DNA of 64,000 nt from Bifidobacteriaceae bacterium (lineage in GTDB: Bacteria > Actinomycetota > Actinomycetes > Actinomycetales > WQXJ01), in assembly GCA_031278655.1 (NCBI GenBank), contig JAITJZ010000064.1:8607-72606 (forward strand), in the 5' to 3' direction. Position 1 is the first letter of the stretch; the number at the start of each line of letters is the position of its first letter. Below, in pieces: positions 28,401 to 38,851 of this stretch. Under the pieces are notes generated by a model. It was not told the origin of the DNA and did no database searches. It worked only from the letters and a program-made list of their open reading frames with translations. The position numbers and the translations under genes were made by a program.

Positions 28401-30371
28401 TCAGAGGCGGCGGATCAGGGCCAGGAACATCGCGTCCGTGCCGTGGCGGTCGGTCCACAACTGCGCCATGCCGTCAGCGCCGATGGCGTCCGCTGGCAAC
28501 AGTTCGATTTCCGAGGCCTCGATCAACTGCGCGTCCGCGCGCTCGGCCAACACGTCCCCCACCACCAGGCGGGTCTCGGCCAGATGCGGCGAGCAGGTGG
28601 TGTACGCCACCACGCCGCCCGGCCGGGCGCGGTCCAAGGCAGCCCGCAGCAGGTCACGCTGGAGCGGGCCGAGGGTCGCCAGATCGGCCGGCGAATGCCG
28701 CCAGCGCGCCTCTGGGCGCCGCCGCAGCGCCCCCAACCCGGTGCAGGGCACGTCCGCCAGCACGCGGTCGAACTGGCCTTCGACCTCCCGCGCGTCGAGT
28801 TCCGTCACCGTCACCGCGTCACCCAGCTGCTTGAGCGCGCCGCGCACCAGTTCCGCCCGGTGGGGTTGGGGTTCGTTGGCGGTCAGGTGGCCGCCTCTTT
28901 CGCGCACGATGCCGCCGAGCAGCGCCGCTTTGCCGCCCGGTCCGGCGCACAGGTCGAGCCATTGCCCTTGGTCGTCCGCGACCGGGGCCTCGGCCAACGC
29001 CCAGGCCACCAGTTGCGAGCCCTCATCTTGGACTCCCGCCTGCCCGTGCCTGATGGCCGCCAGGTCCCCGGGGGCCCCGCGCGGCATGATCACAGCCGTG
29101 GGCGCCAGTTTCCCCCTGATGGCAGGCTGCTTCGAGCGCGCCTCGACCTGAGCCGCCAATTGGTCGGCGGTCATCAGGCCCGGGCGGGCCACCAGCGTCA
29201 CCGGCGGTTGGCCGTTCGACGCCGCCAGCACGGCTTTGAGGTCAGCTTGGTCGCGGCCAGCGCCGATCAGCGCTTGGCGCAGGGTCCTGACCACCCAGGC
29301 CGGGTGGGAATAGCGGATTGCCAGGGTGTCTATCGAGTCGTCGTCCTCCGGGGCCGCCTGCGCCAGCAACTGTTCGTAGGGGCCCTCTGTGACGGCTCTG
29401 AGGATCGCGTTGGCGAAGCCGCTGGGGCCCACGCCGATGGCCTCGCGGGCGATGGCGACCGTGGCGGCCACGGCCGCGTGGTCCGGCACGCGCATGGCCG
29501 CGATCTGGTGGATGCCGAGCCTGATCACGTCCATCACGTCTGCGTCGATCTGATCGCGCCCGGCGACTTTGGCGATGACGGCGTCGTATTGGCCGCGCAT
29601 TCGAATGGTGCCGTAGGCCAGTTCGGTGGCGAAGGCCGCGTCGCGGCCGGTGATCTGGCGCTCTGTCAACATGGTTGGCAGGGCCAGATTGGCGTAGGCG
29701 CCCTTGGACACCGCTTTGAGCAGGTCAAAAGCCGCGCGGCGGGCCGGGTCGGCGGACCGCTGGCGTTCCGACGGCGCCTGCGCCGACCATGACCGTTTCG
29801 GCCCGCGCCCGGAGTTTTCCCGGCGCTGGTAGCCGTCGCCCTCGCGCCTCGGCCGCCGCTCGCCGTCATCCCGGCGCTGGTAGCCGTCGCCATCGCGCCT
29901 GGGCCGCCGCTCGCCATCGTCCCGGCGCGGCTTCCACCTGCCGCCACGCTCGCCGTCATCCCGGCGCTGATAACCCCCCTCGCCGTCCCGGCGGGGCTTC
30001 CACTCGCTGCCGCGCGCGCGATCCCCGTCCCGGCGCTGATAACCGCCGCCCTCACGGCGCTGATAACCGTCGCCCTCACGTCTGGGCCGCCGCTCGCCAT
30101 CGTCCCAGCGGGGCTTCCACTCGCTGCTGCGCGCGCGATCCCCGTCCCGGCGCGGATAACCGCCGCCCTCACGGCGCTGGTAGCCGCCGCCCTCACGCCT
30201 CGGGCGGCGCTCACCATCGTCCCGGCGGGGCTTCCACCCACCGCCACGCTCGCCATCATCCCGGCGCGGATAACCGCCGCCCTCGCGGCGCTGGTAGTTA
30301 CCGCCGTCGCGGCGAGGTTTCCACTCGCCGTCAGCCTCCCGCTGAGGCCGGCCTTCGCCCTGCTCACTCAT
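28401..30371 (-). CDS. rsmB: 16S rRNA m5C967 methyltransferase RsmB/Sun with ~200-aa repetitive N-terminal extension
   Basis: NusB-like domain ([19 protein letters not shown]), [29 protein letters not shown]; ATGA overlap with fmt stop. Confidence 0.92.
   Translation of the reverse strand: MSEQGEGRPQREADGEWKPRRDGGNYQRREGGGYPRRDDGERGGGWKPRRDDGERRPRREGGGYQRREGGGYPRRDGDRARSSEWKPRWDDGERRPRREGDGYQRREGGGYQRRDGDRARGSEWKPRRDGEGGYQRRDDGERGGRWKPRRDDGERRPRRDGDGYQRRDDGERRPRREGDGYQRRENSGRGPKRSWSAQAPSERQRSADPARRAAFDLLKAVSKGAYANLALPTMLTERQITGRDAAFATELAYGTIRMRGQYDAVIAKVAGRDQIDADVMDVIRLGIHQIAAMRVPDHAAVAATVAIAREAIGVGPSGFANAILRAVTEGPYEQLLAQAAPEDDDSIDTLAIRYSHPAWVVRTLRQALIGAGRDQADLKAVLAASNGQPPVTLVARPGLMTADQLAAQVEARSKQPAIRGKLAPTAVIMPRGAPGDLAAIRHGQAGVQDEGSQLVAWALAEAPVADDQGQWLDLCAGPGGKAALLGGIVRERGGHLTANEPQPHRAELVRGALKQLGDAVTVTELDAREVEGQFDRVLADVPCTGLGALRRRPEARWRHSPADLATLGPLQRDLLRAALDRARPGGVVAYTTCSPHLAETRLVVGDVLAERADAQLIEASEIELLPADAIGADGMAQLWTDRHGTDAMFLALIRRL
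29790..30360 (-). repeat. Imperfect in-frame repeat array encoding [13 protein letters not shown](G/D)GYQ-like units
   Basis: Recurrent cgccgtc(a/c)cccggcg and cgccctcacggcgctg blocks in the rsmB 5' region. Confidence 0.9.
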
Positions 30372-31351
30372 CTTCCGAAAATCCCCTCAATGTCTTTGCC
30401 AGCGGTTCCCATGCGGGCCCCGCGCGCCCAGGCGTCGGCGCTCATCCAGCCTTTGCCCGCAGGCTTGACCTGGTTCAACGCGACCCAGCCGCTCCCGGTG
30501 GCGACCATGACCGCATGTTTCAGGGCCAGCAAGTTGCCAGGCTGACCCGCGGGCGGCGGCTGCGAGCCAGCGCCCCGCCCAACTGATCCGATTTCATTCG
30601 GCGGCGATCCCAACGGCCCGATCTTCAGGCGTTGGCCGCGCCACCAAGTCCACGCGCCCGGCACGGGCGTGCAAGCGCGGATTTGGCGATCAACAGCCAG
30701 GGCCGGGGCCGTCCAGTCTACCTCGGCGTCAGCCGCGGTCACCTTCGGCGCGTAGCTGACGCCCTCATCGCCCTGCGGACGCGGTCGCGCCCGCCCGGCC
30801 GCGATCAAGTCCATGGTCGCCGCCAGCAATTTGGCGCCGTCTTGGGCGAGGGTCTGGAGCACATCACCGGCGGTGGCGCGCGGCGGCACTTGGTACGTGA
30901 CGGCGCCGAAGACCGGCCCCTGGTCGAGTTCCTTGACAATCTGGAAGGTGGTCGCGCCGGTGATCTGGTCCCCGGCCCAGATCGCGCGCTGGACCGGCGC
31001 CGCTCCGCGCCAGGCCGGCAGTAGCGAGAAATGCAGGTTGACCCATCCGCGCGGGGCGATGGCTAGGGCCGATTCGGGCAGCAACGCCCCATAGGCCACA
31101 ACCGCCACGGCCTCGGGCTCAAGCGAGCGGAGCTTGGCTTGGAAATCCGCGTCCTGGGGATGCTCCGGCCGCAGCAGCGGCAAACCCATCGCCAGGGCCG
31201 CCTCCGCCACCGGCGCTGCCAGCGGACGCCTCCCCCTGCCCGCCGGCCGGTCTGGTCGGCTGATGACAGCGACCAATTCGTGCCCGGACGCGGCCAGCGC
31301 CTCCAGCGCCGGTATGGCCGCGGCCGGGGTGCCGGCGAACGCAATACGCAT
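30368..31351 (-). CDS. fmt: Methionyl-tRNA formyltransferase
   Basis: MRIAFAGTP, VAYG, NLHFSLLPAWRGAAPVQ, ELDQG, YAPK. Confidence 0.96.
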   Translation of the reverse strand: MRIAFAGTPAAAIPALEALAASGHELVAVISRPDRPAGRGRRPLAAPVAEAALAMGLPLLRPEHPQDADFQAKLRSLEPEAVAVVAYGALLPESALAIAPRGWVNLHFSLLPAWRGAAPVQRAIWAGDQITGATTFQIVKELDQGPVFGAVTYQVPPRATAGDVLQTLAQDGAKLLAATMDLIAAGRARPRPQGDEGVSYAPKVTAADAEVDWTAPALAVDRQIRACTPVPGAWTWWRGQRLKIGPLGSPPNEIGSVGRGAGSQPPPAGQPGNLLALKHAVMVATGSGWVALNQVKPAGKGWMSADAWARGARMGTAGKDIEGIFGR

Positions 31352-31361
31352 TCAAGGAACC

Positions 31362-33608
31362 CTAGTGCAGTTCGCCATCGACCTTGACCCGCACGCGATC
31401 GCCTGATTGGCCGCGCGGCTGTCCGCGCGGCTGTCCTTCTGGCTGGTCGCCCGCCCGGCTGCCCGACCGGTCGTCCGATTGGCCGCCCGGTCGGCTTGGG
31501 CGGCTCGGTCGGCTTGGTCGGCTCGGTCGGCTGGCGGCGGGCGTGCGCAGCCAATCCCGGATTTGGGCGATCGTCTCGCGCGCCTGCGGCTGGGCGATCA
31601 GCAGCGCCGTCCTGGACCATCCCTGGCCGGGGCTCGCCTGGTCGAGGATCGCTTGGTCGGGGCCCGCCTGGTCGGGGCTCGCCTGGTCGAGGATCGCTTG
31701 GTCCGGGCCCGCCTGGCCGGGAACGACGCGACCGTCACCGCTGATCGCAATGCTCCTGACGGCGCCCGCCGCCTCCAAACGCGCGACCAGGTCCGCCACC
31801 CCCGCGGTTGGTCCGCTCAGAACAACGGCCTTGACGGCCGGCGGCAAGCCCAATTCCCGTCGCTCGGCCAGTTCCCGTGCCGCCAACCAAACCGGGTCCC
31901 AGCGCACCAGGGCCTGCGCCGCCGCTCCCCCCTCCGAACCCAGGAGAAGCACCGGGCGTCCGGGTTGGACCAGCGCGGCGGCGTTCATCCAGATGCGCAG
32001 CGCGTCCACGGCCGCGTCCAATTCGGGCCGGGCGGCCCAGGCCCCGGCGTCCAGCAGGAGGCCGGCGGCGTAGCCGCCGACTGCTTCCGGCTCGGCCCCC
32101 GGAGTGGCCACGACCAGCGCCGGCGGCGGTCCCACAGACGCCGGGCGCCCGCCCTGATCGAGCCGGCCGTCGCCGCGCGAGCGCACCACCGGCGTGCCGG
32201 GGAAGGCGCGCTCGACCTCGGCCGCGGTCCGCGCCAGCCCAAAGGTCTCGTGGCTGGCGCTCGGGACCTGGATCAACACCGGGCCTTCGGCCAAAGCCTG
32301 CCGGATCAGCCGGAACGCCGCCCCGGGCAGACGAGCGGCGGCCGTGGCGCCTTCGCGCGCCAAGTCCTCCGCCGTCGGCGCGCGCACAACCGGCGTGGCC
32401 GCCCGTGCCGCCGCGCGGCTGGCCCCGACTGATCCCAGCCAGCCGCTCTCGACCAGGGCTTGTGTCTCAACGCTCCTGGTCAGTCCGGCGATGATCAGGC
32501 CGGCCCGTTCCTGGCCCGCCCTGACGGTCATCACCGTCCGGGTGTGCGCGTAGGGCGCGTGAGGCTCCCGCAGGGCCGAGTCGGCCTCGCTCACCAGGAC
32601 CAAGAGGCCGGGCCGGGCGAGTGGCGCGTAGGCCGCCGCTCGGGTCCCGATCAGCACGTCGACCTTGCCCGATGCCGCCGCCCAGTACGCCTCCAGGCGA
32701 GCCTCGGGCCCGTCCCCGGCCACCAGCCGGGCGATGGCGAAGCTCTCCCCCAAGGCCGCGGCCAGGCGACCCACCACCCGCTCAGACGGCGCCACGATCA
32801 GCGTCTGACCGCCGCCCTGGCGGCAGGCTCGCGCCGCCGCCGCCAACCCATCGGTCAGGTCTGATCCCGGCAGATGCGCCCAGGCCGCCCGCGCGCGCCG
32901 GCCAGCGGCCAAGTCGGCCACAAACGGCGCCAGCGCCTGACCGTTCGCCGCCAGCCCAGGGCGAAGCCCAGGGCGAGGCACAGGGTCAAGCCCAGGGCGA
33001 GGCACAGGGTCAAGCCCAGGGTCAAGCCCAGGGTCAAGCACAGGGCGAAGCCCAGGGTCAAACCCAGGGCGAGGCGCAGGGTCAAGCACAGGCTGGGCCG
33101 GTTGTTGAACTGCGGCCGCCGCAGCCGCCTGGGCGCTGCCTCGCCTCCGTCCCTCAGCGGATGAGTCGCCACCGGCGCCGCCGCCCAGGCCCGCCTCAAC
33201 CGCCAGCCGCTTCTCGGTGCTGATGTGCGCGGCCGGGATGGCCAGGCGCAGCACATCCGCCACCGTGCCCGCTTGACGTTCGGCGATGGCGTTCGCCAGA
33301 CGCCACAGACCCGGCGTCAGCAACGGCAACCCGGACGGGACCCGCGTCAGCGGGCTGAGCTTGCCGGGATGCTCCGAACGTTGGTCGCGCCGCACAATGA
33401 ACCCGTTGACCCGGCGCCCCCCGAAACGCACCGCCACCCTCGCGCCCGGCTGGGCCGCCGCGTCAAGGTTGGCGGGCACCAAGTAATCGAAGGTGCGGTC
33501 CAACTCAGGCGCCGACAAGTCCAGAGTCACCACCGCCACCGGGCTGCGCGGCGCTGGCTCCGGCTCGGGCTTCGCCCGCTTGCGCGGCCGCCGGGCGGCC
33601 GCCCCCAA
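31362..33608 (-). CDS. priA: Primosomal protein N' (actinobacterial type), zinc-binding region deleted; start uncertain
   Basis: LDRTFDYLVP, GARVAVRFGGR, GTVADVLRLAIP, IGTRAAAYAP, EPHAPYAH, VATPGAEP, LVRWDP, ERRELGLPP, RVKVD; conserved metK-priA-fmt order. Confidence 0.88.
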   Translation of the reverse strand: MGAAARRPRKRAKPEPEPAPRSPVAVVTLDLSAPELDRTFDYLVPANLDAAAQPGARVAVRFGGRRVNGFIVRRDQRSEHPGKLSPLTRVPSGLPLLTPGLWRLANAIAERQAGTVADVLRLAIPAAHISTEKRLAVEAGLGGGAGGDSSAEGRRRGSAQAAAAAAVQQPAQPVLDPAPRPGFDPGLRPVLDPGLDPGLDPVPRPGLDPVPRPGLRPGLAANGQALAPFVADLAAGRRARAAWAHLPGSDLTDGLAAAARACRQGGGQTLIVAPSERVVGRLAAALGESFAIARLVAGDGPEARLEAYWAAASGKVDVLIGTRAAAYAPLARPGLLVLVSEADSALREPHAPYAHTRTVMTVRAGQERAGLIIAGLTRSVETQALVESGWLGSVGASRAAARAATPVVRAPTAEDLAREGATAAARLPGAAFRLIRQALAEGPVLIQVPSASHETFGLARTAAEVERAFPGTPVVRSRGDGRLDQGGRPASVGPPPALVVATPGAEPEAVGGYAAGLLLDAGAWAARPELDAAVDALRIWMNAAALVQPGRPVLLLGSEGGAAAQALVRWDPVWLAARELAERRELGLPPAVKAVVLSGPTAGVADLVARLEAAGAVRSIAISGDGRVVPGQAGPDQAILDQASPDQAGPDQAILDQASPGQGWSRTALLIAQPQARETIAQIRDWLRTPAASRPSRPSRPSRPSRPGGQSDDRSGSRAGDQPEGQPRGQPRGQSGDRVRVKVDGELH
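32953..33090 (-). repeat. 12-bp-period in-frame repeat (PGLD/PVPR/PGLR units) inside priA; further 15-bp (31610-31715) and 9-bp (31487-31535) arrays near its 3' end
   Basis: cagggYSAagcM units visible about 11-12 times. Confidence 0.85.
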
Positions 33609-33627
33609 GCCCGGCAGAATCCCCTGC

Positions 33628-34836
33628 TCAGACAGCTGCTCGCAATGCTTCGACCTGGTTCACCTCCTCCCAGCTAAAACCGGCGCGGCCAAAATGCCCA
33701 AAGGTGGCTGTCGGCCGATAGATCGGCCGAAGCAAGTCCAACGCCTTGATGATCGCCGCCGGCCGCAGATCGAAGACGCTGGTGACGGCGCGCACCAAGA
33801 CGGCATCGGAAACTTCGGCCGTTCCAAAACTGTCAACCGAGACGCTGACCGGCTCGGCCGCCCCGATGGCGTAAGCGACCTGGACCTCGCAACGGCGCGC
33901 CAACCCCGCCGCGACGATGTTCTTGGCCACCCACCGCGCGGCGTAGGCGGCCGACCGGTCGACCTTCGACGGGTCCTTGCCGCTGAAAGCGCCGCCGCCG
34001 TGGCGGGCCATCCCGCCGTAGGTGTCGACGATGATCTTGCGCCCGGTCAATCCCGTGTCCGCCGCCGGGCCGCCAACGACGAAGCTGCCCGAGGGGTTGA
34101 CCAGCACCTGCCGGGGCGCCGCCCAACCCTGCTGCGCCATCACCGGGCCGATCACCGCCGCCAGCAGGTCGCGTTCGAGGCGACCGCCTTCCACGCCCGG
34201 GGCGTGCTGGGCCGACACCACCACCGTGTCCACCCCGACCGGGCGCCCGTCCCGGTAAGCCACAGTCACCTGGGTCTTGCCGTCCGGCCTGAGGTAGTCG
34301 AGTTCGCCGGTCAGACGCGCGTCCTCGAGGCGCTGGGCCAGCCGGTGCGCCAGATGGATCGGCAACGGCATCAACTCCGTGGTCTCATCGACCGCGTAGC
34401 CGAACATCATGCCCTGGTCACCAGCCCCTTGGGCCTCAGCCCAGCCGTCAGCCGGGTCAGGCGCCCAGCCGCCTTCTGGCTCACGGCCACCCCGGACCTC
34501 GACCGACTCGTCAACCCCGGCCGCGATCTCGCGGCTCTGGCCCTCAATCAGCACCGCCACCCCGCAACTGGCGCCGTCGATGCCCGCCTCGGCGCTGTCA
34601 TAGCCCTGGTCCAGCAGCACCTCGCGGGCTATGTCCGCGACCGGCACATAACCCTCGGTGGTGACCTCGCCGGCGACGATCACCTGCCCGTGCGAGATCA
34701 ATGACTCCACCGCCACCCGAGCGCGCGGATCGGTGGCCAGCAGGGCGTCCACCACGGCATCGGAAATCTGGTCGCAGAGCTTGTCGGGGTGGCCGCCGGT
34801 GACGGACTCGGACGTGAACAGCTTGGTCTCACTCAC
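33628..34836 (-). CDS. metK: S-adenosylmethionine synthetase
   Basis: [48 protein letters not shown]; GTG 7 nt after TAGGGT. Confidence 0.97.
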   Translation of the reverse strand: MSETKLFTSESVTGGHPDKLCDQISDAVVDALLATDPRARVAVESLISHGQVIVAGEVTTEGYVPVADIAREVLLDQGYDSAEAGIDGASCGVAVLIEGQSREIAAGVDESVEVRGGREPEGGWAPDPADGWAEAQGAGDQGMMFGYAVDETTELMPLPIHLAHRLAQRLEDARLTGELDYLRPDGKTQVTVAYRDGRPVGVDTVVVSAQHAPGVEGGRLERDLLAAVIGPVMAQQGWAAPRQVLVNPSGSFVVGGPAADTGLTGRKIIVDTYGGMARHGGGAFSGKDPSKVDRSAAYAARWVAKNIVAAGLARRCEVQVAYAIGAAEPVSVSVDSFGTAEVSDAVLVRAVTSVFDLRPAAIIKALDLLRPIYRPTATFGHFGRAGFSWEEVNQVEALRAAV

Positions 34837-34959
34837 GGCCACAACCCTAGCCGCCCGCTCTGACACCGACTTCGGATAGTCAAACGCCGAGCCCGCCCGC
34901 CGCCGCGCCCCTGCCCAGGCTTCCGGCCGCCAGCGGGCACGCGGGGCTATGATCGCAAC

Positions 34960-35568
34960 GTGACTATCGCCCAGTTTTGGTTTGACCCCATCTGCCCCTG
35001 GACATATGTGACCTATCAGTGGCTGGCGGAAGTGCGCGCCGAGCGAGCGGTCGCCATCCGGCCCAAGTTGCTGTCGTTGCTGTTCTTGAACGAGGGCCGC
35101 CCGGACGAGCGCCATGCCGCCAGGCATGCGGCCTCCCTGCCGCTGGAACGCTTCCTGGCCCTGGTCCGCGCCGAGCGCGGCGACGCCGCCATGGAGCAGG
35201 CTTATCAGACGCTGGCCACGGCTTTGTTCGTGGACAGTTTGGAGCCGGACGCCGCTTTGATAACCAAGACCGCCGATGCCGTCGGGATCGACCCGATAGA
35301 AGCGGCGGCCGCCGCTGAAGACCCGATCTGGGACGCCATCATCCGCCATGATCACGACGCCGCCATGGCGCTGGTCGGCGCCGACGTCGGCTCGCCGGTG
35401 ATCGCGCTCGAAGACGGCCCGGCGTTCTTCGGCCCGGTGCTGGCGCGGGCGCCGCGCGGCCAGGAGGCGGGGCGCGTCTGGGATGGTTGCCGGGCGCTGG
35501 CCGCGCACCCGGATTTCTTCGAATTGAAACGCTCGCGCGGAGCCCGCGCCACCATCCGTTTCGACTGA
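34960..35568 (+). CDS. DsbA-like thioredoxin-fold protein (Rv2466c/mycothiol-dependent reductase-like)
   Basis: [24 protein letters not shown]; TATGAT 6 nt before GTG. Confidence 0.88.
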   Translation: MTIAQFWFDPICPWTYVTYQWLAEVRAERAVAIRPKLLSLLFLNEGRPDERHAARHAASLPLERFLALVRAERGDAAMEQAYQTLATALFVDSLEPDAALITKTADAVGIDPIEAAAAAEDPIWDAIIRHDHDAAMALVGADVGSPVIALEDGPAFFGPVLARAPRGQEAGRVWDGCRALAAHPDFFELKRSRGARATIRFD

Positions 35569-35708
35569 TCGGGCCAACGGCTCACGCCACCCTCCCCAGG
35601 AACAAATAGAACGGCGCACCAGCGGTGTTCAGCCTCGCTGTCAGCCCTGGCACAATGGGACGGGGGCGGCCGGAGGACGCCGCCAGCACCGATGGAGGAG
35701 CAGCTCGA

Positions 35709-36716
35709 ATGGGATTGTTTGGACGCGCCAGCCAGAGCAGCGCTGGCGCCTGGCACGCGACCGGCGGACTCAAGGCTGACACACGCCAAGCCCTGATGCG
35801 CGAAGTGGTGCGCACCGGCGGCGACGCCCAATTCAAATCCGGCCCGGAGGGTCAGGTCCTGGTCATGCCGGGAGGCGCGCGCATCCCCGTCGAGGGCCTT
35901 TACGCCGCCGTCGCGGAGACCCCGGCCGACCAGCGCGCTGATTTGATCCGCCGCTGGGTCGCGGACGCCCGTGCCCAGGACGCCGGCGCCGCCCGCGCCC
36001 GCCAGGGCGCGGACACGCGCACCGCGAACGCCAGCCCAGCCGCCGAGCCAAACCGCCAACAACAACCCGAGGCTCTCAGCGCCGCCGAATTGCGCCAACA
36101 CGTCCACACATTGCTCGGCCCCGCCGCCATGGTCAACCGAGCCGGTTTCCCTTACGCACGCAGTCCCTTCCCCGGCGTGGAGCAGGTCCTCTGCCTGGTT
36201 TACCCCAACCAGATCCTGCCCCTGACCGGGGATTCCATTGATCGCTTGGCCCTGTCGCTGGACGAGTTGTTCGCGGCCGGACAGGCCAACGTCGACGCGC
36301 TCCCAACCGATCCGCCGGAGCCGCTGGGCGACCCGGGCCTGACGTTCATCACCGGCCCGTCCGAGTTCGTCGCCTCCAAGGCCGCGAACATAGCCGCCCT
36401 GGTGGCCGGGCCGATAGGCCCGGCGCCGCATGGGCTGTTCTTCGCCGTCCCCAATTACAACTCCGTCGCCTGCGCCGTGATCATGCCCGGCTGGGGCCGG
36501 GCCTTCGCCCACATGATCCGCGCCGCCGTCCTGGCGGCCGACCAGGCCGCCCAAGCCCACACCCGCGTCAGCCCGCTGACCTACTATTGGGCGCCGGACG
36601 GGACCGTCGAGCAGGTCACCAGCGTCCGCGAAGGCGGCCCGTTGGAGGAACGCATTTACCTCGACCGGCCGTGCCCGGCTTTTGACCGCTACGTCGGCGA
36701 CACGGTCGCGGAGTAG
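35709..36716 (+). CDS. Conserved-looking actinobacterial hypothetical protein
   Basis: GGAGGAG RBS before ATG (MGLFGR...); GC-typical codon usage; FVASK, HGLFFAVP and VSPLTYYW blocks. Confidence 0.7.
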   Translation: MGLFGRASQSSAGAWHATGGLKADTRQALMREVVRTGGDAQFKSGPEGQVLVMPGGARIPVEGLYAAVAETPADQRADLIRRWVADARAQDAGAARARQGADTRTANASPAAEPNRQQQPEALSAAELRQHVHTLLGPAAMVNRAGFPYARSPFPGVEQVLCLVYPNQILPLTGDSIDRLALSLDELFAAGQANVDALPTDPPEPLGDPGLTFITGPSEFVASKAANIAALVAGPIGPAPHGLFFAVPNYNSVACAVIMPGWGRAFAHMIRAAVLAADQAAQAHTRVSPLTYYWAPDGTVEQVTSVREGGPLEERIYLDRPCPAFDRYVGDTVAE

Positions 36717-36775
36717 CGGCGCAGCCGCACGGCGCCGCCGGTCCGCCACGCCATCCGCCGATGCCGTGCGCCCGG

Positions 36776-37966
36776 TTATCGCTCGAAGACGAGGGCAGCG
36801 GCGGCGTCGAGGATGACCTCGGCCACGGCGCGCTTGGAGCCGGAGGCGCGGGCCACCTCGGCGCCATCGGCGCCGAAAAGCACCACGTCGTTGACGTCCT
36901 CGCCGAAGACGGCGCCGCCCGCCACCACATTGGCAACAGTCAAGTCCGCGCCCTTGCGGCGCGCCTTCGCGGCCGCATGCTCCAGGGCGCTGGCGGCGGC
37001 GTCGCCGGTCTCAGCCGCGAAGGCGACAATCACCTGGCCCGGGCGGCGCGCCGCCACCAAGCCCGCCAGAATGTCGGGGTTCGGGACCAGCGACAAGCTC
37101 AGCCCATCGCGGCCCGCCCGCTTGATCTTGGCGCCCGCCGGCTCGGCGGGCCGGAAATCAGCCACCGCCGCCGCCATCACCACCAGGTCGGCCTGAGGCG
37201 CGCGAGCGGCCATGGCCGCCTCCAACTCCAAGGCCGTCCCCACGCGGACAACCTCCACCCCCGCCGGGATCGGCTGGTCGACGTTCGCCGCCACCAAGGT
37301 GACCCGGGCGGCTCGGCGGGCGGCGGCATCGGACAACGCCAAACCCTGTTTGCCTGACGAACGGTTGCCCAAAAACCTCACCGGGTCCAGCGGCTCCCGC
37401 GTCCCCCCGGCGCTGACCAGCACGTTCAGGCCGGCCCAAGGGCCGGCGCCGAGCAGACGCCCAACGGCGGCGGCAATGTCCGCCGGCTCCGCCATCCGGC
37501 CCGGGCCGCTGTCCGCGCCCGTCAACCGCCCGGCCGGGGAGTCCAACACGGTCACGCCGCGGGCGGCCAAAGTGGCCAGATTCGCGCGCGTCGCCGGGTG
37601 CTCCAACATGGCGCTGTGCATCGCCGGCGCCATCAGCACCGGCGCCCGCGTGGCCAAAAGGGTGGCTGTCAACAAGTCGTCGGCGCGGCCGGCGGCGGCG
37701 CGGGCCAGCAGATCGGCGGTGGCTGGCGCCACCACCACCACGCGGGCGCCGCCCGCCAAAGCCACGTGATCCACGCCGGCGGCCTGGTCGAAGACCGATG
37801 TGCAGACCGGCTCGCCGGTGAGGGCCTCAAAGGTGGCGCGGCCCACAAAGCGCAGGGCCGCCTCTGTCGGCACCACCCTGACGCGGTGACCCGCCTCGGT
37901 CAACAGCCGGATCAGGGCGGGGGTCTTGTAGGCGGCGATCCCGCCCGCGACCCCCACCACGATCAC
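36776..37966 (-). CDS. coaBC: Bifunctional phosphopantothenoylcysteine decarboxylase/ligase
   Basis: GVAGGIAAYK, VAPATADLL, PAMH, SAGGTREPLDPVRFLGNRSSGKQG, AAVADFRP, AFAAET. Confidence 0.96.
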   Translation of the reverse strand: MIVVGVAGGIAAYKTPALIRLLTEAGHRVRVVPTEAALRFVGRATFEALTGEPVCTSVFDQAAGVDHVALAGGARVVVVAPATADLLARAAAGRADDLLTATLLATRAPVLMAPAMHSAMLEHPATRANLATLAARGVTVLDSPAGRLTGADSGPGRMAEPADIAAAVGRLLGAGPWAGLNVLVSAGGTREPLDPVRFLGNRSSGKQGLALSDAAARRAARVTLVAANVDQPIPAGVEVVRVGTALELEAAMAARAPQADLVVMAAAVADFRPAEPAGAKIKRAGRDGLSLSLVPNPDILAGLVAARRPGQVIVAFAAETGDAAASALEHAAAKARRKGADLTVANVVAGGAVFGEDVNDVVLFGADGAEVARASGSKRAVAEVILDAAAALVFER

Positions 37967-37973
37967 GGCGATT

Positions 37974-38237
37974 TCACTCCCCGGCGGGCGCGATCGTCAA
38001 AAGGCCCTGGTTGATCTCGCGCATGGCGATCGACAGGGGCTTCTCCTGCGGCCCGGCCTCGACCAGCGGGCCGACGTGCTCGAGCAGGCCCTCGTTCAAC
38101 TGGGCGTAGTAGCCGTTGATCTGGCGCGCCCGTTTGGCCGCGTAAATGACCAAGGCGTATTTGGAGTCTGTGACCTCGAGCAGATCATCGATCGGCGGAT
38201 CGGTGATGCCCTCGGGGTTGGCTGTGGTACCTGACAA
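37974..38237 (-). CDS. rpoZ: RNA polymerase omega subunit
   Basis: [38 protein letters not shown]. Confidence 0.96.
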   Translation of the reverse strand: MSGTTANPEGITDPPIDDLLEVTDSKYALVIYAAKRARQINGYYAQLNEGLLEHVGPLVEAGPQEKPLSIAMREINQGLLTIAPAGE

Positions 38238-38257
38238 TGAACAATCCTTCCAACGTC

Positions 38258-38288
38258 GGTCGGCCTCAGCCCACGGCTGCGGCCGACC
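38258..38288. other. Intergenic stem-loop between gmk and rpoZ
   Basis: ggtcggcc-t-cagc-ccacg-gctg-c-ggccgacc. Confidence 0.55.
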
Positions 38289-38848
38289 TATTTTAGCCCC
38301 ATGATCGAAGCCACCTGCGCCACGGTCAGCTCGAGGTCGTCATTCGTCAAGACAAAATCGAACTCGCCGCGCGCCCGGACCTCCGCCTCGGCGGTGGCCA
38401 GGCGCCGCCGCCGCTCCGGCCCGTCCTCGGTGCCGCGCTCGGCCAGCCGCCGCTCCAATTCCGCCCAAGTTGGCGGCATCAGAAAGACCTGCAGCGCCCC
38501 GGGCATCGACTGGCGCACTTGGCGCGCGCCCGCCAGATCGATCTCCAGCAGCGCCGGCCGCCCCTGGCCCAGCGCGTCCTCGACCGCCGCCCGCGGCGTC
38601 CCGTAGAGGTTGCCGTTGTACTCGGCCCACTCCAACATGTCGCCGGCGTCCACGGCGGCCTCAAAGGCCGCGGGCGAGACGAAGAAATAACTAACGCCTT
38701 CGACCTCGCCTGGACGTGGACGCCGGGTGGTGGCTGAGACAGACAGATAGACCTTCGGATGGCGTTCAGCGATCAGGGCCGCAACTGTGCCTTTGCCGAC
38801 CCCTGAGGGGCCGGCCAAAACTGTCAGGCGAGCTGGGGACCAGACCAC
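38288..38848 (-). CDS. gmk: Guanylate kinase
   Basis: [38 protein letters not shown]. Confidence 0.96.
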   Translation of the reverse strand: MVWSPARLTVLAGPSGVGKGTVAALIAERHPKVYLSVSATTRRPRPGEVEGVSYFFVSPAAFEAAVDAGDMLEWAEYNGNLYGTPRAAVEDALGQGRPALLEIDLAGARQVRQSMPGALQVFLMPPTWAELERRLAERGTEDGPERRRRLATAEAEVRARGEFDFVLTNDDLELTVAQVASIMGLK

Positions 38849-38851
38849 CGA

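Noticed and set aside
34790-34810. MetK TGGHPDK instead of the usual (S/T)EGHPDK
   Set aside because: Single substitution at a residue I cannot tie to catalysis; His, Asp, Lys and both family signatures are intact
34840-34960. SAM riboswitch upstream of metK
   Set aside because: The start lies 7 nt after a -10 hexamer, leaving no leader, and no SAM-I/IV core is visible
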